A stretch of DNA of 20,990 bases from the NCBI GenBank assembly GCA_036351155.1, contig JAZBOO010000315.1, positions 1 through 20,990 on the forward strand, read 5' to 3'. Of this stretch, positions 8,536 through 17,238 are shown in pieces. The notes under the pieces were generated by a model, which saw nothing but the letters and a program-made list of their open reading frames with translations, did no database searches and was not told the origin of the DNA. The position numbers were made by a program, and so were the translations under genes. This DNA is from Candidatus Krumholzibacteriia bacterium. Lineage in GTDB: Bacteria > Krumholzibacteriota > Krumholzibacteriia > LZORAL124-64-63. Each line of letters begins with the position of its first letter. Position 1 is the first letter of the stretch.

Positions 8536-9534
8536 TCAGGTCCTGTACAGCCGCCTGAGCAGATGCCGCAGCTGATCGAGACCCTGCCTGGCCACCGAGG
8601 AGATGGCGATGACCTCCAGGGCACCATTATTCTCGCCCCATTGCCGAGCCTCCTCCAGGGCAAGCGCGGAGGCCTCCTCGTCGAGGATGTCCAGCTTGGT
8701 GACGGCCACTCCGAACGGAAGCTCGGCCAGGCGATTCCCATGCTCGCGGAGCTCTTCGCGCAGCACGTCCAGGGCCCGACAGGGCGACTCGAAACTGGGA
8801 TCCACAAGCAAGAGCAGGGCCCGCGTGCGTTCCACATGCCGGAGAAATTCGTGTCCCAGGCCCTTGCCCTGGCTGGCCCCCTGGATCAAACCGGGAATAT
8901 CGGCCAGGGTGCAGCTGGTGAAGTCGCCCAGATCCACGATGCCCAGGTTGGGCACCAGGGTGGTGAAGGGATAGTCGGCCACCTTGGGCCGGGCCGAGGT
9001 GATGACCGAAAGGAGGGTACTTTTGCCGGCATTGGGCTCACCCACCAGGCCGATGTCGGCGATGAGCTTGAGCTCCAGACGCACCTCGAGTTCCTTGCCC
9101 TCTTGTCCCGGCTGGGAATACATGGGGGTCTGGTTGCGGGCGTTGCGAAACTCCCAGTTGCCCTTGCCGCCCTTGCCGCCGGTCAGGACCTTGATTCTCT
9201 GGCCCTCTTCCAGCAGGTCGCCCAGGGGGCTGTCGTCATCGGCCCGATACAGGCTGGTGCCACAGGGAACCCGCAGGATGACATCCTCTCCATCGGCCCC
9301 GGACCGCTTCTGACCACCGCCGGGCTGTCCCGGTTTGGCCTTGTAGTGGCGCTTGTATCGGAAATCCAGGAGGGTGGAGAGTTCGCTGCTGGCCTCGAAC
9401 CAGACCGATCCCCCTCGTCCGCCATTGCCCCCATCGGGGCCCCCTCGGGCCACGAATTTCTCCTTGCGGGTCGAGACACAGCCGTCGCCGCCCTTGCCGC
9501 TGCTCAGATGAATGCGGGCGATATCGAGAAACAC
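8536..9534 (-). CDS. obgE: Obg/CgtA GTPase (332 aa, no C-terminal OCT extension)
   Basis: Gly-rich Obg fold GGPDGGNGGRGG, G1 GEPNAGKST, G2 YPFTTL, G3 DIPG, G4 TKLD. GTG start after GGAG. Confidence 0.95.
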   Translation of the reverse strand: MFLDIARIHLSSGKGGDGCVSTRKEKFVARGGPDGGNGGRGGSVWFEASSELSTLLDFRYKRHYKAKPGQPGGGQKRSGADGEDVILRVPCGTSLYRADDDSPLGDLLEEGQRIKVLTGGKGGKGNWEFRNARNQTPMYSQPGQEGKELEVRLELKLIADIGLVGEPNAGKSTLLSVITSARPKVADYPFTTLVPNLGIVDLGDFTSCTLADIPGLIQGASQGKGLGHEFLRHVERTRALLLLVDPSFESPCRALDVLREELREHGNRLAELPFGVAVTKLDILDEEASALALEEARQWGENNGALEVIAISSVARQGLDQLRHLLRRLYRT

Positions 9535-9555
9535 GGGTCACTCCGGTCAAAGGGG

Positions 9556-10026
9556 TTACTTGGTCAGGGCACGGGCCACGGCAGGGGGAACAAGTTTCCC
9601 CAGGTCGCCACCGTGCTTGATCACATCGCGCACCAGCGTGCTGCTGATGGCCGCGGTTTCGGGTCGCGCCAGAAAGTACACGGTCTCGATTTCCGGGGCA
9701 AGAAGGGCGTTGACCCCCGCCAGGGACCATTCGTGCTCGTAGTCGCCGGCCGTCCGGATTCCACGGATGACCGCCGGGGCCTTGCGCTTCCGGATCTCAT
9801 CGACCAGAAGCCCGCCAAAGGATTCCACCTCGACCTGTGGCAAGTGCTCCACCGCGGCGCGAAAAAGGGCGACGCGCTGCTCGGTGGGCAGCAAACCCGC
9901 CTTGCCGGATTCGGCCACCAGCACCGTGATCCGCGGGAACAATCGGCAGGCGCGCTCCAGAATATCGACATGCCCCAGCGTGACGGGGTCGAAAGACCCC
10001 GGGTAGAGAACCGGCGCGTTGTTCAT
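9556..10026 (-). CDS. coaD: Phosphopantetheine adenylyltransferase
   Basis: YPGSFDPVTLGH, IRGIR...DYEHE and ISSTLVRD. ATG 10026 with GGAGGAG SD; the ORF-track start at 10461 is an over-extension. Confidence 0.95.
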   Translation of the reverse strand: MNNAPVLYPGSFDPVTLGHVDILERACRLFPRITVLVAESGKAGLLPTEQRVALFRAAVEHLPQVEVESFGGLLVDEIRKRKAPAVIRGIRTAGDYEHEWSLAGVNALLAPEIETVYFLARPETAAISSTLVRDVIKHGGDLGKLVPPAVARALTK

Positions 10027-10037
10027 GGCTCCTCCAG

Positions 10038-10604
10038 TCAAGACACGGGCCCCAGGATGGCCAGCACACTGCGCCCGTATTTGCGTTCCTGCGCCTGGTC
10101 GAGGGTAGGCCAGGTCTTTTCGGGATCCCAGGTGGGATCGAAACCCGAACCATGCTCGACCACGGCGCGGCGAAAACCCGGGCCCGTCCGCAGCCGTTCC
10201 AGTTCCTGCAACATAGACCAGGGCAACCCGGAGCGGTAGGGCGGATCTGCCACCGCCACCCAGGGCCCCTCGGGTGGGCCCCATTTTTCCAGCCAGCGCA
10301 GGGCATCGGACTGAATCACCTCGAAGGAACCAGGAGCAGCCCCACACAGGGCCAGGTTTTCCTGAACCAGCTTCAGGGAAGCTCCCGCAATGTCCACGAA
10401 AACCGCCCTCTGGGCCCCTCGACTGAGAGCCTCGATGCCCAGTCCCCCCGCCCCGCAGCACAGGTCGAGGAAAAGGGCACCGGGAAGGTCGCCTGCCAGC
10501 ATGGAGAACAAGGCCTCCTTGACCCGGTCGGTGGTGGGGCGCACCGCCTGGCCCTTCGGGGACTTCAGCACGCGGCCTCGCCAGGTTCCGGAAATCACCC
10601 GCAT
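10038..10604 (-). CDS. rsmD: 16S rRNA (guanine966-N2)-methyltransferase
   Basis: MRVISGTWRGR.L, RPTTDRVKEALF, LDLCCGAGGLGIEALSRGA and DPPY. Classic rsmD-coaD adjacency. Confidence 0.92.
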   Translation of the reverse strand: MRVISGTWRGRVLKSPKGQAVRPTTDRVKEALFSMLAGDLPGALFLDLCCGAGGLGIEALSRGAQRAVFVDIAGASLKLVQENLALCGAAPGSFEVIQSDALRWLEKWGPPEGPWVAVADPPYRSGLPWSMLQELERLRTGPGFRRAVVEHGSGFDPTWDPEKTWPTLDQAQERKYGRSVLAILGPVS

Positions 10605-11137
10605 CACAATCTCCCGGTTTGCCGACGTTCCCAGATCAGGCTGCGCAACATGGAGGTCCGCGCCACCTCGGCCACCGTACCCCCGGAGGCCCAGAGGCGG
10701 AAGTCGGCGGCCCCGGCGTAGAGTCGGCGCCTGCGGTGGTAGAGATCTTCCAGGCCATCCCAGCCCAGCCGGCCGACCAGAGGGCGCGCATCCAGATCGC
10801 TCTGCTTCAATCGGGCCCGGATTGTTTCCCAGGGGGCATCCAGCCAGATGACCACTCCACGGTCCCGCAACAGTTCCACCGCCTCCGGCGATTCCACGAT
10901 TCCCCCACCGGTATCGACCAGCAGGGGACGCTGGCCATCCAGGGATTCCAGGGCCAGCACTTCCCGGCGACGAAAAGCGGGTTCCCCATCCTGGGCAAAA
11001 ATATCCGGAATGGACCGGCCGGCCTTCTCCGTGACCAGAACATCGACGGAAACGGCAGGGCGGCTGGTTGCCCCCTGCAAATGACTGGTCACGGCGGATT
11101 TTCCGCTGGCCATGAAGCCGATGAATGATGTCCACAT
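10604..11137 (-). CDS. aroK: Shikimate kinase
   Basis: IGFMASGKS P-loop, SIPDIFAQDGEPAFRRRE, TGGG, RPL and R...Y. Located directly downstream of pilQ. Confidence 0.88.
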   Translation of the reverse strand: MWTSFIGFMASGKSAVTSHLQGATSRPAVSVDVLVTEKAGRSIPDIFAQDGEPAFRRREVLALESLDGQRPLLVDTGGGIVESPEAVELLRDRGVVIWLDAPWETIRARLKQSDLDARPLVGRLGWDGLEDLYHRRRRLYAGAADFRLWASGGTVAEVARTSMLRSLIWERRQTGRL

Positions 11138-11155
11138 GGGAGCATCCTAATACAC

Positions 11156-11185
11156 GAACCCCCCGGGAACAATCCCGGGGGGTTC
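11156..11185. terminator. Perfect 13-bp GC hairpin between pilQ and aroK; probable intrinsic terminator
   Basis: GAACCCCCCGGGA (11156-11168), ACAA loop, TCCCGGGGGGTTC (11173-11185). Followed by TTTCTT on + and by GTGTATT on -. Confidence 0.7.
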
Positions 11186-11210
11186 TTTCTTCCAGGAAAA
11201 TTGCGGCGGT

Positions 11211-12575
11211 CTAGAATTCCACCAGCTTATCCGGAGTAATGACGACCTCGGATTCGGGGACCATCATCTCACGCGTGATGTATTCATCGGTCACGATCCG
11301 GGGCGTCACGAAGACCACCAGCTCACGGCTGTCCTTGGTCTTGCTCGTGTGCCGGAACAGCGATCCCAGCAGGGGAATATCCTTCAGCACCGGAATGCCG
11401 TTGACCAGATTGCTTTCCACCTTGCGGATCAGCCCGCCGATGATGGCGGTCTCGCCATTTTCCACCAGCACCCGGGTGTCGGATTCACTGGTGTTGATGA
11501 TGACACCACCTTGAACCGTGGCCTGGCTGGAGAGATCGCTGACCTCGTTGTGGATGTCCAGGGTGATCCGGTCCTCACTGTTGATGTGAGGGGTGACCTG
11601 GAGCATGATACCGATGGTGGTCAGCTGGGTGACCGCGTTGCCGGCCTCATCGCTGACGATCAAGGGGATCTTCTGCCCCACCAGGATCTTCGCCTCACGG
11701 TTGTCCGTGGTGGTGATGATCGGGTTGCTGATCAGGTGCGCCTTGTTGTCGTCCTCCAGGGCCTGGATGCGCATCATCATGTCGCCCCAGTCCTGGATGG
11801 TGGCCACCCGCAGGTCGCCGGCCGGACTCTGTACTGGGTTGTCGATGGTCATGCTTCCGGCCAGGTTGTTGCCCGGGCTCTTGAAGTTGTTCAGGGACCA
11901 GTTGATTCCCAGTTCGCGTGTCACCTTGACATCCATGTCCACCAGGCGGGCGTTGATCTCCACCTGCGGTGTCTGCGAATCCAGATCAAAAGCCATGTTG
12001 GTGATCAGATCCACACGTGCCTGAACGTCATTGATGATCAGGCTGTTGGTCCGCTCATCCACATCGAGGTTGCCGCGGTCGGTCAGCATCTGCTCGAGAG
12101 CATCCTTGACTTCCTTGGCGTTGGCGAAGCTCAGAGGAACCAGGCCCAGGTGCAGGGCCTCCAGTTCTTCCACCTGCTTGCGGGAACGCTCGACGGCCAG
12201 TTTTTCCTGGCGCAGTTCCTCCGCACTGTCGATCCGGTACACCCCGTTCTCGACCACGAAGTCGAAACTGTGGGCGCGCAGAATCACCTTCAGCGCCTCT
12301 TCCCAGGGCACCTCTTCCAGCTTGACGGTGACCTTGCCCTCGACCCGAGGACTGGCCACCATGTTGGCGCCGCTGAAACTGGCCAGCGAGCGCAACACCG
12401 TGTTGATGTCCGCTTCCTGGACATCGAGAGAAATGGGTCGGGTCGGAGGGGTGACCGGAACCGGGACGGGGTTGTCCGCCGCCTTGACTTCGATCTCTCC
12501 CTGGGCCAACGCCCCGCCCGCAATCAGCATCAGCAGCATGGCCGCACAGGTAATGAAACGGATCCTACCGAACAT
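11211..12575 (-). CDS. pilQ: Type IV pilus secretin PilQ (short form, 454 aa)
   Basis: Signal peptide (GGALA|Q), N0 ISLDVQEADINTVL..VPWEEAL, N3 DERTNSLII and secretin domain PQVEINAR..GETAIIGGL..IPVLKDIPLLGSLF..ELVVFVTPRI. Last gene of pilMNOPQ. Confidence 0.92.
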   Translation of the reverse strand: MFGRIRFITCAAMLLMLIAGGALAQGEIEVKAADNPVPVPVTPPTRPISLDVQEADINTVLRSLASFSGANMVASPRVEGKVTVKLEEVPWEEALKVILRAHSFDFVVENGVYRIDSAEELRQEKLAVERSRKQVEELEALHLGLVPLSFANAKEVKDALEQMLTDRGNLDVDERTNSLIINDVQARVDLITNMAFDLDSQTPQVEINARLVDMDVKVTRELGINWSLNNFKSPGNNLAGSMTIDNPVQSPAGDLRVATIQDWGDMMMRIQALEDDNKAHLISNPIITTTDNREAKILVGQKIPLIVSDEAGNAVTQLTTIGIMLQVTPHINSEDRITLDIHNEVSDLSSQATVQGGVIINTSESDTRVLVENGETAIIGGLIRKVESNLVNGIPVLKDIPLLGSLFRHTSKTKDSRELVVFVTPRIVTDEYITREMMVPESEVVITPDKLVEF

Positions 12576-12577
12576 TT

Positions 12578-13042
12578 CTAATCCTCCGTGTTCTCTAATT
12601 TGAGAACCACCTGGGTGGTGATCCCGTAAAGAGTGACCCGCGCGGTGAGTGAGTTTTTCCGGATGCTGACGACGCGGCCATTACGGACCCGATCGCCTAC
12701 ACGCAGGATGTAACCGAAACCTTCTCCATCTTCCACCAGGGCAAAACGATCGTCCGTACCCCACATGACCCCGACCAGCTGGGCACTGTTCATGTCCACC
12801 AGGTCCGCGGCCGAAATTTGCTCGTATTCACCATCCACCAGGATGCGGAAAGGATCGTCCTTGCCGTAACTCTGGTAGAAGAACTCGTTGGCCCGCAGCG
12901 CGTTGATTCGCTGCATGGACTCCTGAGAAGGCGAGAGCGACTCGTCATCGTTCTTGTCCGCAGCCAGCACGGCCTGCATGGGGATGAGGATCAACCCCAG
13001 GACCAGCGCGGCACAGAAACGTGTCTTGATTCGCGACAACAT
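12578..13042 (-). CDS. pilP: PilP-like type IV pilus alignment protein
   Basis: Y.S.GKDDPF (RDPF-like) motif and beta-domain QLVGVMWG..ALVEDGEG.GYILRVGDRV..GRVVSI. Position between pilO and pilQ. Confidence 0.75.
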   Translation of the reverse strand: MLSRIKTRFCAALVLGLILIPMQAVLAADKNDDESLSPSQESMQRINALRANEFFYQSYGKDDPFRILVDGEYEQISAADLVDMNSAQLVGVMWGTDDRFALVEDGEGFGYILRVGDRVRNGRVVSIRKNSLTARVTLYGITTQVVLKLENTED

Positions 13043-13051
13043 GGGGACCTC

Positions 13052-13711
13052 CTAATGGCCGCTCTGGGCCTTGGCCACCTTGGCCTTGGCCTGAATTTCA
13101 CCGGACGCCGTGCCCTGGTCGGTGACCACCGGATTACCGGTGGAGTCCAGGGTGTAAGCGGTGAGGGTGAAATCGGTTTTCATGGTATAGGGCGAATCTT
13201 CCTTGTCGCCCATTCCGGTCAGCCTCAGGTCGGACACGTTCACGATCCGGTTGAGATTGGCCAGACGACTCAGGAACACACCCGTCTGGTGGTAGCTGCC
13301 TTCGATGCGCACTTCCACCGGATTGTCGGCATAGAACCCCTTGGGAATGGGATTCTGCGGGCGGAACAGGGTGAACTCGACACCCGACTGCTGACCGGCC
13401 GCCGTGACCTTGCGCAGCAGGTTGGGCATTTCGTTCTTCTCGGGCAGGAGAGTTTGAGCCACGTCCCACTGCTGATGCAGAATGGCGTACTCTTTCTCCA
13501 CCCGCTCCAGATTGCGGACCAGCAGTCGCGCTTTTTCCAGATCCTTGGCCAGGGCCTGGTGCTTCGCCTCCAGCTTGCCCACCTCGACCTTGCCGCTGGC
13601 GAAGGTGAAGGGGTACATGGTCGACATGAAGTACATGGGCAAAGCCACGACGACCAGGAGAATAGCGCCCGCCCATCTCAGGAGTTTGGGATCCTTGATA
13701 TCGATGTCCAT
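13052..13711 (-). CDS. pilO: Type IV pilus assembly protein PilO
   Basis: Single N-terminal TM, coiled coil, LPEKNEMPNLL..AGQQSG..F..F.P, FYADNPV...GSYHQ...FL..LANLNRIVNV. Confidence 0.9.
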   Translation of the reverse strand: MDIDIKDPKLLRWAGAILLVVVALPMYFMSTMYPFTFASGKVEVGKLEAKHQALAKDLEKARLLVRNLERVEKEYAILHQQWDVAQTLLPEKNEMPNLLRKVTAAGQQSGVEFTLFRPQNPIPKGFYADNPVEVRIEGSYHQTGVFLSRLANLNRIVNVSDLRLTGMGDKEDSPYTMKTDFTLTAYTLDSTGNPVVTDQGTASGEIQAKAKVAKAQSGH

Positions 13712-13722
13712 GGCAGTCCTTC

Positions 13723-14301
13723 CTATCCTTCAAACGGCGCGGAGGCCGGCTTGAGTACAGCCGACGCAGTGGCCTTGAACTTGATCACCTTGACGTCCCC
13801 GATCTCGCCCTTCTCGGCCACCAGCAGATTGACCCCGGCAAAGTAGGGGCTGCTGGTGACGTTCTGGAGAAAGTCGCTGACCAGGAAATTTGAGAAGGTC
13901 ACACCCTCGACGGTGTAACGGTTGCCGCCGGTATCCTCGAACCGGGTCAGCCACATATGCTGGGGCATGCTGCGGTTCAGTTCATCCAGCAGGTGCACCC
14001 GGAAGTACCGGTCGCGATCCAGGTCGGTGATGACATCCAGACGATCGTTCAGATCCTTGCGCTGCTTGTTCAGGCGCTTGATCTTGGCGATCTCGGGAGC
14101 CAGGCGCCGGGTCTCGGCTTCCTCTTCCGCGATGGTGTCCTTGAGGTCGGCAATCTTCTGCGACTGGACAAAATGGGCCGAAGCGACGATGGCCACCGCG
14201 ATGGCCACCAGGGCCAGGGGCGCGAAGTTGCCCACCGCCGGCAGCTGTATCGTTTTGCGCTTGGGGAGCTCTTCCCTGGGCAGCAGGTTGATCCTGATCA
14301 T
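13723..14301 (-). CDS. pilN: Type IV pilus assembly protein PilN
   Basis: MIRINLLP (PilM-binding INLLP motif), TM, coiled coil, and a LLDEL..MP..MWLT..VEG PilN domain. Confidence 0.92.
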   Translation of the reverse strand: MIRINLLPREELPKRKTIQLPAVGNFAPLALVAIAVAIVASAHFVQSQKIADLKDTIAEEEAETRRLAPEIAKIKRLNKQRKDLNDRLDVITDLDRDRYFRVHLLDELNRSMPQHMWLTRFEDTGGNRYTVEGVTFSNFLVSDFLQNVTSSPYFAGVNLLVAEKGEIGDVKVIKFKATASAVLKPASAPFEG

Positions 14302-15476
14302 GACCGCACCTCCTCACGCAGGGCGAGTCCTACGCTGACAGTCAACAGTGGGCTGAGCTCCTCGGCGTTTCCTTCCGGGAACAGCGAGGGATCGAAGTCC
14401 AGCCAGGCCAGGGGGTCGGCCACCTCGCTGGGGACTTCGTAGCTTTCGGAGAGATATTCCTGCAGCCCCGGCAGGTGTGCCCCACCGCCGCTTAGGACGA
14501 TGCGGTCGATGCCGTCGGCTTCGCCGGCAGTCTTCAAATAACTGAGGCTGGGCTCGAGGCCCTGATAGATTTCCGAGCCCACCGACCGCACGATGTCCTG
14601 CACCAGCTGCGCATCGACATCCTCGATGTGCCCGCGGGCCACCGCCTGGGCCGTTTCGTAGGTCAGCCCCAGTTGCTTCTGGAACTCCTCGGTGAACTGG
14701 GCCACGCCCAGGGGCAGGTCACGTGTGAAGTAGGGGACCCCGTCCTTGATGATGTGGACGTTGGTCACTCCCCCACCGACATCCAGCAGTGCCACGAACT
14801 CGCTGGGCTTGTCGTCCGACAGGGCACCATCGGGCTCGGCGGCATTGAAGTCGTCGATGTCGCCATCGATCTCATCAACGCTCTCGGTCGCCACGTTCTC
14901 CACGGCCGCCACGATGCTTCTGGCCGCATGTTCTTGACTGTACTCCCAGGCGTTCTGATTGGCGAACGAGGCCACGTCGATCACGAAGGGGCGGAAGCCC
15001 GCATCCCTGATGAGCTCGGCGTGGGAAAGAATCATGTCCTTCTTGGCCGCCACCAGCAGGAGTTCCATCTGGTTGGCACCGATGTCCTCCTGGAGAATCT
15101 GGAAGTCCAGGGTGATGTCGTCGATGTCGAAGGGAACGTGCTGTTCCGCTTCCCAGAAGATGGCCTCGCGGGCATCCTCCTCGCTCATCTTGTCCATCAC
15201 GATTTTCTTGACGATCACCGCACGGCCGGCCACGGCGCTGGCCACGGGCTCGTCTGGAATTTCCGCGGCTTCACCACACTCGCGAATGGTCTGGATGACC
15301 AGTTCACGATCCATGATTTCCCCGTCCACGATGGCTTCAGGCGGCAGATCGGTCATGGCAAAGTGCGTAATGACCGGCTTTTCCCCCGACAGATCCAGTC
15401 GCAAACACTTGACGACATTGGATCCGATATCCATCCCTATCAGCGATTTTTGTTTCCTTTTAAGGAATCCAAACAT
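14298..15476 (-). CDS. pilM: Type IV pilus assembly ATPase-like protein PilM (actin/FtsA fold)
   Basis: IGMDIGS, LPPEAIVDGEI, EAEQHVPF, LLVAAKK, LDVGGGVT and IVLSGGGA..PGL. Start placed at ATG 15476 (MFGFLKRK). Confidence 0.93.
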   Translation of the reverse strand: MFGFLKRKQKSLIGMDIGSNVVKCLRLDLSGEKPVITHFAMTDLPPEAIVDGEIMDRELVIQTIRECGEAAEIPDEPVASAVAGRAVIVKKIVMDKMSEEDAREAIFWEAEQHVPFDIDDITLDFQILQEDIGANQMELLLVAAKKDMILSHAELIRDAGFRPFVIDVASFANQNAWEYSQEHAARSIVAAVENVATESVDEIDGDIDDFNAAEPDGALSDDKPSEFVALLDVGGGVTNVHIIKDGVPYFTRDLPLGVAQFTEEFQKQLGLTYETAQAVARGHIEDVDAQLVQDIVRSVGSEIYQGLEPSLSYLKTAGEADGIDRIVLSGGGAHLPGLQEYLSESYEVPSEVADPLAWLDFDPSLFPEGNAEELSPLLTVSVGLALREEVRS

Positions 15477-15549
15477 GTCAGCCTGCCTTGCTGCTTTGAG
15501 CTTTCTACTCTGAGACAACCGTCGGATCGAACTGCCTCGTCAACGGGAC

Positions 15550-15565
15550 CGCAACATGCGTGCCA
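15550..15565 (-). promoter_or_regulatory. sigma54 (-24/-12) promoter upstream of pilMNOPQ
   Basis: Minus strand TGGCACGCATGTTGCG against consensus TGGCACG-N4-TTGCW. Intergenic, correctly oriented, about 75 bp before the pilM ATG. Confidence 0.8.
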
Positions 15566-15703
15566 CTGTGGAGATCGGCATCTCCTGGACCCTCTTGAGC
15601 TAAATCCTGCAAAAAACATCCGGAATCGGCCCTTCCTCCGGATTGGCCATTCAGGGCTCCTCGGCTGCCCGCCAGGCCGGTGGGCAGGATTTGCCCGGTG
15701 TGG

Positions 15704-16519
15704 TCAGAAACGTCCGATGTACCAGCGGAATACACCCTCGCCAAAAAACAGAACCAGAGCCGCCGCCGCGGCAAGGAAGGTACCGAAGGGAAGCTTTGCG
15801 GAACCCTGGACCTTTCCTCGCCCAAAAATCAGGGCGAAAACCGTGCCCAAAAATGCTCCCCCGAACAGCGTACCCAGCGCACCCCAGGGACCCAGGAAGG
15901 CACCCACCATACCCATGAGCATGATGTCGCCCCCACCCATGCCCACGACTCCGCGGAGCATCTTGTAACCGTAGGAAACCGCGAGAATGATTCCGCCGCC
16001 CAGCAACAATCCCATCACCGCTTCCGGGAAATCCCGGTTCCCCGCCAGTGCAAAAAGCAAACCCAGCACCATGCCGGTGACCGACAGGGTGTGGGGAATG
16101 ATCATGTGCTGCCAGTCGATGACGGCGATGTCCAGCAACAGCAGCAGAAAGGCCGCTGCAGCCAGACCCTGAATGGTCCAGCCAGAGGCCAGCACCCCGA
16201 GCAGAGCGATCACGGCACCGGCCACTTCCAGCAGGAAATAGCGCAGCGGAATGGTGGTCTGGCAACGTCGGCAGCGGGCCCTCAGGAGCAGCCAGCTGAC
16301 CAGCGGAATGTTGTCGTACCAGGCCACCTGGTTCTTGCACCCCGGGCAAAATGAACGCGGTCCCACCACGCTCAGGTTCCGGGGTAGACGGTAGATCAAC
16401 ACGTTGGAAAAACTGCCGAAGCAGGCGCCCAGCCAGCAGGCTGCCGCCGCCAGGATGGCCACCGGCAGGGGCTGAGCCCAGACGGGAATTGACATCAGAT
16501 TGGACACCATGGCCTGCAT
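15704..16519 (-). CDS. pilD: Prepilin peptidase/N-methyltransferase (peptidase A24A)
   Basis: GSFSNVLIYRLP, SFCPGC, WYDNIPLVSWLLLRARCRRC (Zn-binding Cys pairs), catalytic Asp motifs IDWQHMIIP and GMGGGD, and LPFGTFLA. Exact start uncertain. Confidence 0.93.
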   Translation of the reverse strand: MQAMVSNLMSIPVWAQPLPVAILAAAACWLGACFGSFSNVLIYRLPRNLSVVGPRSFCPGCKNQVAWYDNIPLVSWLLLRARCRRCQTTIPLRYFLLEVAGAVIALLGVLASGWTIQGLAAAAFLLLLLDIAVIDWQHMIIPHTLSVTGMVLGLLFALAGNRDFPEAVMGLLLGGGIILAVSYGYKMLRGVVGMGGGDIMLMGMVGAFLGPWGALGTLFGGAFLGTVFALIFGRGKVQGSAKLPFGTFLAAAAALVLFFGEGVFRWYIGRF

Positions 16520-16521
16520 GA

Positions 16522-17238
16522 TCAGATCTCCGGGATGGGGCCGATGAAACCCGGCCCGTAGAGTTCAATGAGTTCCAGCTTGCGCTCCAGTTTCTGGATC
16601 ATCTTCAGGGCCAGATCCTTCATCTGGGGGCTGTCGGTGGACAGGTACATGGTCTTCCAGAGTTCCAGGCTGACCCGATCGTCACCAGAACGGTAACGGG
16701 CGAAAGCGGCGAAGCGGCGTTCCACATCGGTGGCGTCGGGACACTGCCCGGCCATTTCGAACCAGAGGGCCGCCCGCGGGAAATCACGATCGAAAACATA
16801 GTAGATGAAGCCCACCTGAAAATGCAGCTTGGCCGAACTCGGGTTGGCCAGGACCCCACGCTTGAGCATATCTATGGCGGCGGGAAAGTCTCCGAAGTCG
16901 GACCACTTGACCAGAGCGGCGAAGTGATAAGCCTCGATGAACATGGGATCGAGAGTGATGATGCTTTCGATCAGAACATCCATGTAGCGCAGATCATTCT
17001 GATCCTTGGCAAAGGCACCGTAGTACTGGATGAACCGGAACCACAGATAATCTGCGGTGACCGCACGGTAACCCAGAGTGGTTTCCTTGAGAAATTTGCC
17101 CGAGGGGAAATACAGATGTTCGTTGCGTTCCTGGACGTCCGGATGGGCGTCGAGAACTTGCAATGAACCGATGGTGACGGTCATCAGGACGGCCACCAGG
17201 ACCACACGCAGAAGGGTGCCGCTGAAATTCCCCGACAT
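16522..17238 (-). CDS. Membrane-anchored TPR-like protein, PilG/Xap-like partner of the pilus-associated ABC transporter
   Basis: N-terminal hydrophobic segment, ADYLWFRFIQYYG, ITLDP.F..AY and TPR-like helices (AIDMLKRGVLANP, GFIYY, AALWFEMA). Coupled to the ABC permease (1-nt overlap). Confidence 0.65.
   Translation of the reverse strand: MSGNFSGTLLRVVLVAVLMTVTIGSLQVLDAHPDVQERNEHLYFPSGKFLKETTLGYRAVTADYLWFRFIQYYGAFAKDQNDLRYMDVLIESIITLDPMFIEAYHFAALVKWSDFGDFPAAIDMLKRGVLANPSSAKLHFQVGFIYYVFDRDFPRAALWFEMAGQCPDATDVERRFAAFARYRSGDDRVSLELWKTMYLSTDSPQMKDLALKMIQKLERKLELIELYGPGFIGPIPEI

Noticed and set aside
9556..11135. Apparent N-terminal extensions or fusions of coaD (from 10461) and rsmD (from 11135); likewise the permease (4789), pilM (15518) and pilA (20713)
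   Set aside because: The extensions are off-frame overlaps of upstream genes or promoter DNA. Homology, and in most cases an SD sequence, begins at the shorter starts.
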